NCBI GenBank assembly: GCA_963793425.1
Contig: CAWCAG010000007.1
Location: 864,001-928,000 of the forward strand
DNA: 64,000 nt
Direction: 5' to 3'
Origin: an uncultured cyanobacterium
GTDB taxonomy: Bacteria > Cyanobacteriota > Cyanobacteriia > Cyanobacteriales > CAWCAG01
A program made the translations under genes and the position numbers. The notes beneath the pieces were generated by a model. The model searched no databases. It was not told where the DNA came from and saw nothing but the letters and a program-made list of their open reading frames with translations. Positions 19,636 through 29,900 of the stretch are shown here, in pieces (the first letter of the stretch is position 1; each line of letters starts with the position of its first letter).

Positions 19636-21312
19636 ATGAAAACTGCTATTTCTTCCTTAACAAGATTTTTATTGATCAGTCTCATTAGCTTAACCCTGAC
19701 TATCTTGAGCGGCTCTAACCAGCTCATGGCTGCCACTTCAGAAGTAAACACCGGCGAGATAGTTTATGCACCCATAACCTTAGACGGGAGAAATTTATTT
19801 CAAATTGCGGCAAATATCGGTAACTCAAATAATCCTAATCTTTCTAATCTTATCTCTCCTTTAGAAATGCGAGTAGAAATGTATGAGGCTGCCCTCTCGC
19901 AAATCCTCGCCACAGATTTTAATTCTCGCAGCTTATCTGTAACACCTCGTAATCGCCAAGATAAAACTATTATTTTCGTCTCCGATGGACAGCAACTAAC
20001 CCAACAAGCTTTAATGACTGTAACAGAATTAGATGCCCAAATTCACGGCTTATCTGTACAGGAAATAGCTCAACATTTTAGTGGCATCCTTCGCCCTGCT
20101 CTTATTCAAGCACAACGGGAGCGTCAAAGGGAATACTTACAACATCAAGGTTTAGTAACAGCAGGAATTCTTTTCGGATTAATCATTATTACCTTACTCT
20201 CAATATTTTGGCATCAACGCCTCATCAATAATTGGGATAAAATTTATGAAGCGCAACCCCAACCAATCAAACAATCTAACCTCAACTCAGAAGAAGAAGA
20301 AATAGAATATGTCAAAAACAAGCTGATGTCGCAACGTAGACTTAACATCAATCAGCTTAAAAGATGGCTTTTGCTCCTTAGTTTATTTATCCTTTGGGTT
20401 ATAGGTTTAGCTTGGATTGTCGGTTTATTTCCCTACACTCGCTGGTTTCAAGATTGGTTACTTACTAAACCTATCTTAGTAGGAATTATTATCGGCACTA
20501 ACTTAGCAATCCGAGGCACTATCTTTATCCTTGATTATGGCTTCAAAAGATGGTTTGCCCAACAATCTCAAAAACCAACGGCTTCCCCACGACAAATTGC
20601 TCGTATTACCACCTTATCTCAAGTTTGCCGTAGTCTTATCGCATTTTTAGGCATTTTTATTGGTACTATTTTCTTCCTCCATAAACTTCATATTCCCATC
20701 GCCCCAGTCTTGGCTGGGGCAGGAATTATTGGTTTTGCTGTTTCCTTTAGTTCCCAAAGTTTAATCAGAGATATCATCAACGGCATTTTAATTCTTTGGG
20801 AAGATCAGTTTGCCATTGGCGATATAGTGGATGTGGGAGAAACTAGAGGCTTCGTAGAAAACATGAATCTTCGTATGACGCAAATTCGTGGTTCAGAGGG
20901 GCGTTTAAGTACAGTTTCTAATAGTAGAATTACCACTGCCCACAACTTAACTAAAGATTGGTCGCGTATTGATTTAACCATCGAAATTAGTCCTGATACT
21001 GATATCGATCAAGCCTTAAGTGTAATTCGGGAAGTAGCAGAAGGAATGCAACAAGATCCAGAGTGGCAAGATTCAGTTATTGACCCAGTTAATGTCTTAG
21101 GAGTTAATAATATTAGTAGTAGCGGTATTGAAATATTAATTTTTCTCAAAACTCAACCCGGCAAGCAATTAGGCTTAGGAAGAGAATTTCGCCGCCGCTT
21201 AAAATTAGCCTTCGACGGTGCAAACATAACCATCGGCGCACCCCGTCAATCTTTATGGTTAGAAAATGCTTCAGCTTTGCAATTAGTTACTTCAAATGGA
21301 GAGCAAAAATGA
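19636..21312 (+). CDS. MscS-family mechanosensitive channel
   Basis: AGAGIIGFAVSF..Q.LIRD..NG..IL.EDQF.IGD..G.VE.M.LR.T core. Confidence 0.92.
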   Translation: MKTAISSLTRFLLISLISLTLTILSGSNQLMAATSEVNTGEIVYAPITLDGRNLFQIAANIGNSNNPNLSNLISPLEMRVEMYEAALSQILATDFNSRSLSVTPRNRQDKTIIFVSDGQQLTQQALMTVTELDAQIHGLSVQEIAQHFSGILRPALIQAQRERQREYLQHQGLVTAGILFGLIIITLLSIFWHQRLINNWDKIYEAQPQPIKQSNLNSEEEEIEYVKNKLMSQRRLNINQLKRWLLLLSLFILWVIGLAWIVGLFPYTRWFQDWLLTKPILVGIIIGTNLAIRGTIFILDYGFKRWFAQQSQKPTASPRQIARITTLSQVCRSLIAFLGIFIGTIFFLHKLHIPIAPVLAGAGIIGFAVSFSSQSLIRDIINGILILWEDQFAIGDIVDVGETRGFVENMNLRMTQIRGSEGRLSTVSNSRITTAHNLTKDWSRIDLTIEISPDTDIDQALSVIREVAEGMQQDPEWQDSVIDPVNVLGVNNISSSGIEILIFLKTQPGKQLGLGREFRRRLKLAFDGANITIGAPRQSLWLENASALQLVTSNGEQK

Positions 21313-21353
21313 TAAATGTTAAATGATTAATGATTAATGATTAATGTCATAAT

Positions 21354-21758
21354 ATGAAACCCAAATTTAAAAATACCCTCGCTTGGCAACAGGCGCAAAT
21401 TTTGATGCAGCCTACTTTTATCCGAGTACTTGACAATCTTCGCAAACAAGTTGAAAAAACTACTTGGAAGGCAGATTATCAAGAAGCCAACAATCCTTTT
21501 CCTGGTTATAAATTAGTTTTATCTCGCCGAGAAAGTAAAATTGAAATAGATATTTGGGATTTGTGTTTTCAAGTCTGCTTCAGTAACTATAACCCTGAAC
21601 GCATCCATGTTGTTACAGACTTGGTTAACTTCAGTTACGAAGTAGAAATGGATACAACTCTGTTATCTAACACAGGAGAAGTGAATTGGGAACTTTTAGA
21701 GGAAAAAGCTCAAAAATTAGTAGAAAAAGTATTCAATAACTTATCTGATCTGAAATAG
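21354..21758 (+). CDS. conserved cyanobacterial hypothetical protein
   Basis: AWQQAQILMQPTFIRVLDNLRKQ, DIWDLCFQVCF and GEVNW motifs. Confidence 0.7.
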   Translation: MKPKFKNTLAWQQAQILMQPTFIRVLDNLRKQVEKTTWKADYQEANNPFPGYKLVLSRRESKIEIDIWDLCFQVCFSNYNPERIHVVTDLVNFSYEVEMDTTLLSNTGEVNWELLEEKAQKLVEKVFNNLSDLK

Positions 21759-21804
21759 AAACAACAGCGCAACTACCAACTAGCAACTACTTAAAAAAGC
21801 TATT

Positions 21805-24800
21805 TTATTTTCTTCCCTTTAACCAATAGGTTTTCATATCTCCTTTTCCTTTAATATTCACTTTACCTCGATGGATAAATAAATAGTTTTCCTGCAACCG
21901 TTTGTAAGTAGCTTCGGTAACTTGAATTTCTCCTTCGGCTCCTTGGGATTCCATTCTGCTAGCAACATTAACTGTATCCCCCCACAAGTCGTAGATAAAT
22001 TTCTTAATACCAATTACTCCTGCGACTACTGGTCCTGTATTAATACCGATGCGGAGGCGGAATGGTTTACCATTTTCTTGTTTGAAACGACCAATTTCTT
22101 TTTGCATAGCTAGGGCTATATCAGCGATCGCTTCAACATGGTCTGCTCTAGGAACAGGCAACCCCCCTGCTACCATATAAGCATCACCAATAGTTTTGAT
22201 TTTTTCTAAACCAAGCTCTTCGGCGAGTTGATCAAAGCAAGAGAAAATTTGATTAAGAGTGCTAACTAATTCTAATGGGGCAACATCAGCAGAAATAGGG
22301 GTAAACTCAACAATATCTGCGAAAAGAACCGTTGCTTCATCAAATCTTTCTGCTAAAGAACCTTCGTAATGTTTGAGTTGCTCAGCAATGGTTTTGGGCA
22401 AAATATTCAGTAAGAGGCGTTCTGAACGAGCCTGTTCTTCTCGCAAAGCTTCTTCTGCCTCTTTACGCTTAGTAATATCTGTGGCTGTACCTTCATAATA
22501 AAGCAACTCGCCAACTTCATCTCGTACTACCCTAGTATTTTCAGAAATCCAGATAATACTGTCATCTTTACGATAAATTTGCGATTCAAAATTGGATACT
22601 AAGTCATCTCGCTCCAAAAGTCGCAGAAATTCCTGACGGCGTTCTCTATTCACATAGAGTTGTTCATTAATATTAGGTAAACTGCCAATTAAGTCCCTTA
22701 AGGACAGATAACCATACATATTAATCAAAGCTGGATTCGCACTAATATGACGACCATCAGGAGCAATTTGGAAAATCCCCTCAGCCGCATTTTCAAAGAT
22801 GCTACGATACTTTTCTTCCGCTTTTTCTAAGGCTTTTTCTGCATATTTGCGTTCGGTTATATCCCTTGCCACCCAAATGGCGCAATTATCAGGCATAGGA
22901 GAAACATTTGCTGCGTACCACATTTCTTGAACTGGAGCATATTCAACATTTTGAGTCACAGGCAAACTGTATTCTAAATAAACTGTCTGTCCGGTATTCA
23001 AAGCCCGTTGGATATGACTAACAAACAGTTTTGCTTGAGCAGAAGGCAAAACCTCATAAACCGTCTTACCAATTCTCTCGGTAGAAGGATTGTACAATAG
23101 TTCTGAATTAGTCGAAACAATTTTGAGATAGCGCCCTTGGGCATCAAACACCGCAATTACGTCTGTCATCGCCGCAAACAAAGCCCGCAATTCCGCTTCT
23201 ACTTTTTGGCGTTCGTTGACTTCAATGAGTAACTGACGGTTAGAGTCTCTTAAAGCAGCAGTACGTTCTTCAACTCTTGTTTCTAACTGTTCGTTTGCTC
23301 TTTGTAGAGCTTCTTGGGCTTCTTTGCGTTCAGCGATATCTTCTACTGTACCTTCGTAAAAAAGCAGATTACCTTCTTCATCACAAACAGTACGCGCATT
23401 TTCAGAAATCCAAGTTAAAGTACCGTCACGGCGATAAACTTGAGCTTCAAAACCGACTACCGAACCATACTGATTGAGTCTGCGGATAAATTCTGCTCTA
23501 GTTCCTGGTTCAACGTAGAGATTATCACCAATACTCCCCAGGTTGATAATTAAATCTTCTGGAGAATCATAACCGTAAATGCGTGCTAGGGCAGGATTAG
23601 CGCTAATAAAGTATCCTTCTGGAGTTGTTTGAAAAATTCCTTCTACGGCATTTTCAAAAATGTTACGATACTTAGCTTCAGCTTGACGCAGGCGCTCTTC
23701 TGCTTGTTGGCGTTCGGTGATATCAATGCCGATGGTAAAGGCTGCTTTGTTGTGGTCATATTTTTGAGCAACAATTAGATACTTGCGCTCAATACCATTA
23801 ACCTTAGCTGATACTTCCCGAAACGCATCTTGAATAGTATCATCAGCAAAGAATTGGCGGACAAAAGTATTAAATTCAGAGCTACTATTGAGAAAGCCAA
23901 TATTCTGACCCACAAAAGCTTCTCTTGGCAAGTTAAACGTTTCTGCTAAATGGCGGTTAACTTCTAAATAGTTAAGGTCTTTACTAATACGAGAAACAAT
24001 TCCTGGTACGGCTTCTAGCACCGCTTCCATTTGTCCTTGAGCATCAACAAGTTGCTCTTCTACTCGGTGACGTTTGGTAATGTCAATACCAACAATAAAA
24101 GTTGCTCTGTTGCGATTATATTTTCGGGCTACTAACAACAATCTTCTCTGCAACCCTTTAACCGTAGCCGATACTTCTCTATGTTCATCTTGAACTTCTT
24201 TTTTAGCGAAGAATTGACGGACAAATTCTTTAAACTCAGAACTACTGTTGAGAAAACCGATATCTTGTCCCACAAAGCTTTCTCTAGGTAGCTCAAACAT
24301 ATTGGCTAAATGGCTATTAACTTCTAGGTAGTGCAGGTCATCACTAATACGCGAAACAATGCCCGGCACTGCTTCTAATACCGTTTCCATTTGCTCTTTT
24401 GCTTCTAGGAGTTGCTTTTGCGCTTGGTGACGTTCAGTAATATCAATACCAACAATGAAAGTTGCTCGATTTTGATCGTATTTCTGAGCTACTATCAAGA
24501 ATTTTCGTTCTTCACCTTTAACAAGGGCAGATACCTCTCTATGTTCATCTTGAACTTCGTTTTTAGCGAAGAATTGGCGGACAAATTCTTTGAACTCAGA
24601 ACTACTATTAAGAAAGCCGATATCTTGCCCCACAAAGCTTTCTCTGGGTAGCTCGTATAGCTCTGCTAGATGGCTATTAACTTCTAAGTAGTGAAGGTCA
24701 TGGCTAATGCGAGAAACTCTTCCTGGTACAGCTTCTAAAATTGCCTGGAGTTGATCTCTGGCTGCCCTTAGCTCTTTTTCTGCTTGGGTTCGTTCCACAA

Positions 24801-26568
24801 CTTCCCCCACTAAGCGATCATTAGATTCTTTTAAAGCCGCAGTCCTCTCGGCAACTTTCTCTTCTAATTCTATTTTTGCTTGTTTGAGTATTTCTTCTTC
24901 CTGTTTCTGTTCACTAACATCTCTAGCAACCCAAAGTACAGAATCTGTGGAGATGGGAGAAAGGCTTCCGGCCAACCAAAATCTCTCTTCCCTGATGGTG
25001 AGGCAATATTCAAAATGGACGGTTTCTTGGCTTTCTAAGGCTTCTTGGATGTAACCTAAAAAAGTGTCAGCTTGGTTACGGTCAAATACTTCATCTAGAG
25101 TTTTACCCAACAACTGGCTACCGTCTTGATAGGAAAGATCGGCATGGTTGGGGGCAATTTTCAGATAGCGCCCCTGGTTGTTAATCACCAAAATTAGTTT
25201 TGTCATAGCCTCAAAGAGGCTCTGTAGTTCAGCTTCGGATTCTGGCAAGGGGGTGGAAATTCTCTGGGTCTGAGCCATTTCCCTTTGTAGTTGGGCCATA
25301 TTGCTCTGTAAGTCCGAAGATTTTTTTTGTAAGTCTTTTGCTCTGTTAATCCACAGAGAAACTTCTGAAAGTAAACCGGTAACAACTTCAGAATGATTAG
25401 GGCTATTTTCTCCTAAACTCAGCCAAGGTAGAGGTTTGGCTGGTCGAGGAGCCGTGTGGATGATGCTAAATTTTCCTGTGGGTAAGACTTGAGCAATGCG
25501 ATAGGGTTTCCAAACATGGTGGTTAGGTTCGAGTTGCACTAAGCCGCTAGGAGCCTTGAAAGTCTCTCCATATACTGCTACCCGTAACCTCTCTATGTCA
25601 AAGGATTGGGCTAATTCCACTGCTTGTTTCCACAGATAGATTTGGGTATAAGCTGTTTCGATTGCTTCGTTGATAACTCGCTGTTTGCCGTAGCGATTTT
25701 GAAAGTTACGAATAAATTCTCGGTTGCGTGGGGTATCGAGGCTTTGAAAATAGCTCCGAGTAGCATAGGTTCCTTGGGCATCTTTACCGATCTCTTGCAG
25801 TTCTACTTCGCTTAAACGAAGAGCCATGACGATGGTATCAGGGGAAAAACCTAACTCTTGATACTGTTTATAAAAAAGGAGGTTACTAGGTTCATTGAGA
25901 GTATTAATAATCACATCGGGTTGGATTTGTTTGATATTACCCAGAATAGGTCTAAACTCTTCAATGTCCGGAGGCATATAGACTTCACCAACAACTATTC
26001 CTGCTTGTTCAAGCTGTTGTTTAATCAGTTTGTGGACTGCATGGGAGAAAAGATCATCACTACCAACTAAGTAGAACTTTTCGTTACCGTTGGTCAATAA
26101 CCAGTTAACCGCAGGTTCTGCTTGTTGGTTAGGACAAGAGCCTGTGTAAAAGATATTCTTGGCAGATTCCATGCCTTCATATTGAGCCGAATACCAAAGT
26201 TGGGCATTTAGTTCTTCAAATATTGGTAAGACAGCTTGGCGAATTTGGGAACTATAACAACCAAAGATGTTTTGGATGCTACGCTTTTGAATTAGTTCTC
26301 TTGCTAAGCGTTCAAATTCTTTGGGATCAGAAGCTCCATCAGCAACAACTGGCTCAATTATTCTACCCAATACCCCACCTGTGGCATTGATCTCTTCTAT
26401 GGCCATCAGTTCTGCCTCTACAAGAGAGGTTTCTCTGAAAGCTAAAGTGCCGCTTAGGGAGTGCAAAATACCTACTTGTACGGTAGCACCCTCTTTTTGC
26501 TCTGGGGATTTGAGCGTATTAATGCTTGACATCTCTTCTTGGAGCATCTCACTTGTACACCGATACAC
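21805..26568 (-). CDS. class III adenylate cyclase with N-terminal UrtA/AmiC-like substrate-binding domain and multiple PAS domains
   Basis: N-terminal VGILHSLSGTLA..E..AIEEINATGGVLGR..DGASDP and QYEGME (UrtA-like); about 7 PAS repeats; cyclase motifs VLFADIV, EKIKTIGDAYM and YDLWGDTVNVASRMES with ATP-specifying K/D. Confidence 0.9.
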   Translation of the reverse strand: MYRCTSEMLQEEMSSINTLKSPEQKEGATVQVGILHSLSGTLAFRETSLVEAELMAIEEINATGGVLGRIIEPVVADGASDPKEFERLARELIQKRSIQNIFGCYSSQIRQAVLPIFEELNAQLWYSAQYEGMESAKNIFYTGSCPNQQAEPAVNWLLTNGNEKFYLVGSDDLFSHAVHKLIKQQLEQAGIVVGEVYMPPDIEEFRPILGNIKQIQPDVIINTLNEPSNLLFYKQYQELGFSPDTIVMALRLSEVELQEIGKDAQGTYATRSYFQSLDTPRNREFIRNFQNRYGKQRVINEAIETAYTQIYLWKQAVELAQSFDIERLRVAVYGETFKAPSGLVQLEPNHHVWKPYRIAQVLPTGKFSIIHTAPRPAKPLPWLSLGENSPNHSEVVTGLLSEVSLWINRAKDLQKKSSDLQSNMAQLQREMAQTQRISTPLPESEAELQSLFEAMTKLILVINNQGRYLKIAPNHADLSYQDGSQLLGKTLDEVFDRNQADTFLGYIQEALESQETVHFEYCLTIREERFWLAGSLSPISTDSVLWVARDVSEQKQEEEILKQAKIELEEKVAERTAALKESNDRLVGEVVERTQAEKELRAARDQLQAILEAVPGRVSRISHDLHYLEVNSHLAELYELPRESFVGQDIGFLNSSSEFKEFVRQFFAKNEVQDEHREVSALVKGEERKFLIVAQKYDQNRATFIVGIDITERHQAQKQLLEAKEQMETVLEAVPGIVSRISDDLHYLEVNSHLANMFELPRESFVGQDIGFLNSSSEFKEFVRQFFAKKEVQDEHREVSATVKGLQRRLLLVARKYNRNRATFIVGIDITKRHRVEEQLVDAQGQMEAVLEAVPGIVSRISKDLNYLEVNRHLAETFNLPREAFVGQNIGFLNSSSEFNTFVRQFFADDTIQDAFREVSAKVNGIERKYLIVAQKYDHNKAAFTIGIDITERQQAEERLRQAEAKYRNIFENAVEGIFQTTPEGYFISANPALARIYGYDSPEDLIINLGSIGDNLYVEPGTRAEFIRRLNQYGSVVGFEAQVYRRDGTLTWISENARTVCDEEGNLLFYEGTVEDIAERKEAQEALQRANEQLETRVEERTAALRDSNRQLLIEVNERQKVEAELRALFAAMTDVIAVFDAQGRYLKIVSTNSELLYNPSTERIGKTVYEVLPSAQAKLFVSHIQRALNTGQTVYLEYSLPVTQNVEYAPVQEMWYAANVSPMPDNCAIWVARDITERKYAEKALEKAEEKYRSIFENAAEGIFQIAPDGRHISANPALINMYGYLSLRDLIGSLPNINEQLYVNRERRQEFLRLLERDDLVSNFESQIYRKDDSIIWISENTRVVRDEVGELLYYEGTATDITKRKEAEEALREEQARSERLLLNILPKTIAEQLKHYEGSLAERFDEATVLFADIVEFTPISADVAPLELVSTLNQIFSCFDQLAEELGLEKIKTIGDAYMVAGGLPVPRADHVEAIADIALAMQKEIGRFKQENGKPFRLRIGINTGPVVAGVIGIKKFIYDLWGDTVNVASRMESQGAEGEIQVTEATYKRLQENYLFIHRGKVNIKGKGDMKTYWLKGRK
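23701..24780 (-). repeat. three tandem 360-bp (120-aa) intragenic PAS-domain duplications
   Basis: Near-identical text at 23881, 24241 and 24601 (exact 360-bp period); protein LEAVPG.VSRIS.DL.YLEVN.HLA...GQDIGFLNSSSEF occurs three times. Confidence 0.92.
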
Positions 26569-26991
26569 TCTTGCCTACGAACTCTAATCTAGAATTTCGG
26601 GATTCTTTGAGTCCCATAAATATTTGAAACTGAGATGCTACTGTTGATGCCTGATGATAATAAATGTAAACTGACAGTTTCTTGAACTCAATAAGAAGCA
26701 CAAATATGTGGCAATGATAGCCTTAATTGATTAAAATTGCCCAGATTGGTAAAGTAGTTGAAGGCTGAATCAACCATTCTATCGGGATTTAACACTTAAC
26801 ATTTATTTATATCAATATGTCATGAAAATTGAGATTTTAGGAGTAAGCAACTAAAAATAATGCTGTTTCTCTTGGGGTTTCAGGTACGATAGGGAAGGTT
26901 TGAGTATGATTTTCCCTTTTGGCAGATGTTTTTTCAGTATAACTATCAGTATCTATAAAAAAAAGTACTTCACCTCATCCCTAAGCTATAG

Positions 26992-29900
26992 TTAGGGCAT
27001 TCTAATGATGATGCTTCGGGACAATCCCTGGAAATTCAGTTTTAAAATGGTTTGTTCCTCTTGTTTCAGGAGAATACCGCGATAACTACCGTTTTCTTCT
27101 GTGAAGGAGAGGCTGGGGCTATTTTGACCCTGTAGTATTACAGAGCCAACTTTTATTTGGAAAGCAGCACCATCTATGTGAAATTCCTGAGCAGAATTAG
27201 TATCAGTAATTAGAACCTGCTGAGTATTTTCGGCTACTTTAATCATAAAATTACGAATTTTAAACTGTTTTCTCATTTTTTTAGGTCGAGAAACAGTTGC
27301 TGGGGTTAATTTGATTGAATCAATTTGGTTTTGCCATTTTTTTGCTTTCCTGGCAATTTCTGAGTCAATGCGTTTGGCTTTATTGGTTTGCCCTTGATTG
27401 AGGAAATATTTTGCTTGGTTGGTTTTGGTAGCTAACCAGCGATCGCAGGCGAATTGACGTAATTTTACATCAGGATGTTGGATATATTTTTCATAAAATT
27501 CTAATGTTTCTACTAAAGAGCCAATTTTTTCTAGAGCAATACCGAGGTTTTCTCTGGAAAGATGTTGTAACCAGTTAGGATTATTAAGAATTTGTTTTTG
27601 AATGAACTTTTGGTAGCGTTGGCGTTGGTTTTTGGTCAGTTTTTCTGAGGTTAGTTGAGAGTTAGCTATTTCTTCAACTAAAGTGAAAGGGAATGAAGAG
27701 TCATTGATTTGGGGTAAATAGGTTTCTATTGCGGCGATCGCTTCTTGCCAATATTGGCAATGGAAATAGTAACCCAAGAGAATTTTTAGGGGTTTGTGGC
27801 GAGGTAAGTTAGGAGAGGTTTGTTGCCAAAACTGAGTGAAGCAGGATTTAACTTTGATTAAGTTGTCGAGCCAAGTATAAACTAGTAAAGCGTTGGCATA
27901 TTCTTGTTTGGCTTCTAAAATGGGGGCAATATGTTGTAGCCACGGGGATTCACGGGGTTTTCCTGCTTGTTGCCAAGCGGTTAAGATTAACTTTCCTCCC
28001 TGGGGCTTAATTTTAGCCAAGAATTCTAAACCAGCAGGCAAGCCGACAACTTCAGCTTTGGCAATATTGTATTCTTTGAGGTGGGTGATTTTCCCTGCTT
28101 CCCAAACTGCCACTGCTTGGGGCAGTTTCTCTGCTAGATAAAAACATCTTCCTGCTAATTGGTGGGTATTTTTATAACCAGCGATCGCCAATTTTTCTAG
28201 AACTTCTCCCCATCTGTTTCCCGGAATAGCTATTTGTTTTTCTGGCTTTTTCAGCAATCCGGTAATGCTTTCAATATAGGTTTGTATGGCTTGTTGCCAT
28301 TGAGGGGCAAAACGATTTTTTTCTAAGCTATGATCCTTTAAGCCTGCTTCTACAAAGTTAGTAAATTCTCTTACTGCTTCTAAATTTTTGGTCTCTGCCA
28401 CCATAAAATTGACTAAAGGGCGATAGGATTCGCGATTATCTAAGCTGGTTTGTTGCTGTCGATTTCTTTCCCTTTGTAAGGTTTCTGGTAAATCTGTCTC
28501 CTTGTCCCTTTCCCAGTCTCCTGTTGCCAAAGATTCATACCAAGCAACTAATTTATGCCAAATCATACCTTGCCAAAAACAATCCCAGGCTTCATCAACA
28601 AGATTTTGCTGCAAAAAGAGATTACCAGCAATAAGGAATTGTTTTTCTAACTTCAATGCTCTGGCTTCACACAACGCCGCTTGTTGAGGTTTATGCAGAC
28701 GTTGATAAGCGCCTTGCGCCCTCCGGAGAAGTTCAGGGTTTCCGGTATTTAACCCTTCTGTAACAAAGGTTTGAGCGATTGATTCAAGGTCATCTGTGGC
28801 AATTTCATGGGGACGAGTTCCCAAGCTAATTAGTTGAATTGCCTCTCGCCACTGTTGCTGTTTCTTTTCTTGCTTTAACTCCGCCAGGAACTCTTCTAAT
28901 TCTCTGGGATCACTAGCTTTGTGCCATAATTTAGTTTCACCCAAAGGAGTATCGACAATAAATAAACGTTCTGTTGCCCGACTAGCCCCAACATAGAGTT
29001 TATTGAAAAAGTATTTTACTTCTTCATTGGCGTGATCGCGACTTTCCCAAGCTTCTGGTTGACAAAATTCCCCAAATTTATATAAAACAACCTGTTTAAA
29101 TTCTAAGCCCTTAGCAGCGATCGCACTTAAAATATTCCAATGGGGTTCTGTGTTATTGCCTTCCCCTAATAAATAACGCAGATGTTCATCCTTTTGCAGG
29201 TAATCTGCTTCTCCCCCTTCATCACAAGGCACAATGATAATGGTATCTTGGAGGTAATATTTAACCGCTTCCGGGAGCATATTTTCCCCGATGATATATT
29301 TTTGCGGTACAAATTGACCTATTTTTCTCGGTTTTTGGGGTTTTAATTCCGGGATGTTAAATAAAATCACTCGCCAGAGTTGGATTAAGTTATTAACCCC
29401 AACAATGGCAGGTAAGGAACGGTAATTCGACTCCAATTCCGTAAAATTCATCTCCAAACCCAATTTACCTGTAGGAGATAAAGCAGTAATTACTTCGTTA
29501 TAAAATCCTGCTTTGAGGCTAGCCCAACGAAAACCTGTAGGGTTGAGGGTTTGCATAGGATCACCAGCGAAGGCAAAAGGCAAACATTCAATATGTTGAT
29601 GTTCGAGATCATATTGAGAAAAGGCTGACAGGCGCATAATCAATTGCAGTTCCAGTTGAGTAAAATCCTGAGCCTCGTCGCAGAAAATCGCTGTATAATC
29701 TGGGCAATAGGATTTTAGTTGCAACACCCTCCTGATTAAATCTTGATCATCCCATTCTCCTTGTTCTTTCGTTCTTTGTTTGTACCACTTCCAAACATTG
29801 TCGTAGATAGCAGCAAACTCTTCTGAAGGAACTGTTCTTTCTCGTTTAGGAATTTCTAAATAATCTTCTGGGGAACGGTAATGATCTCGTTCATCAAGAT

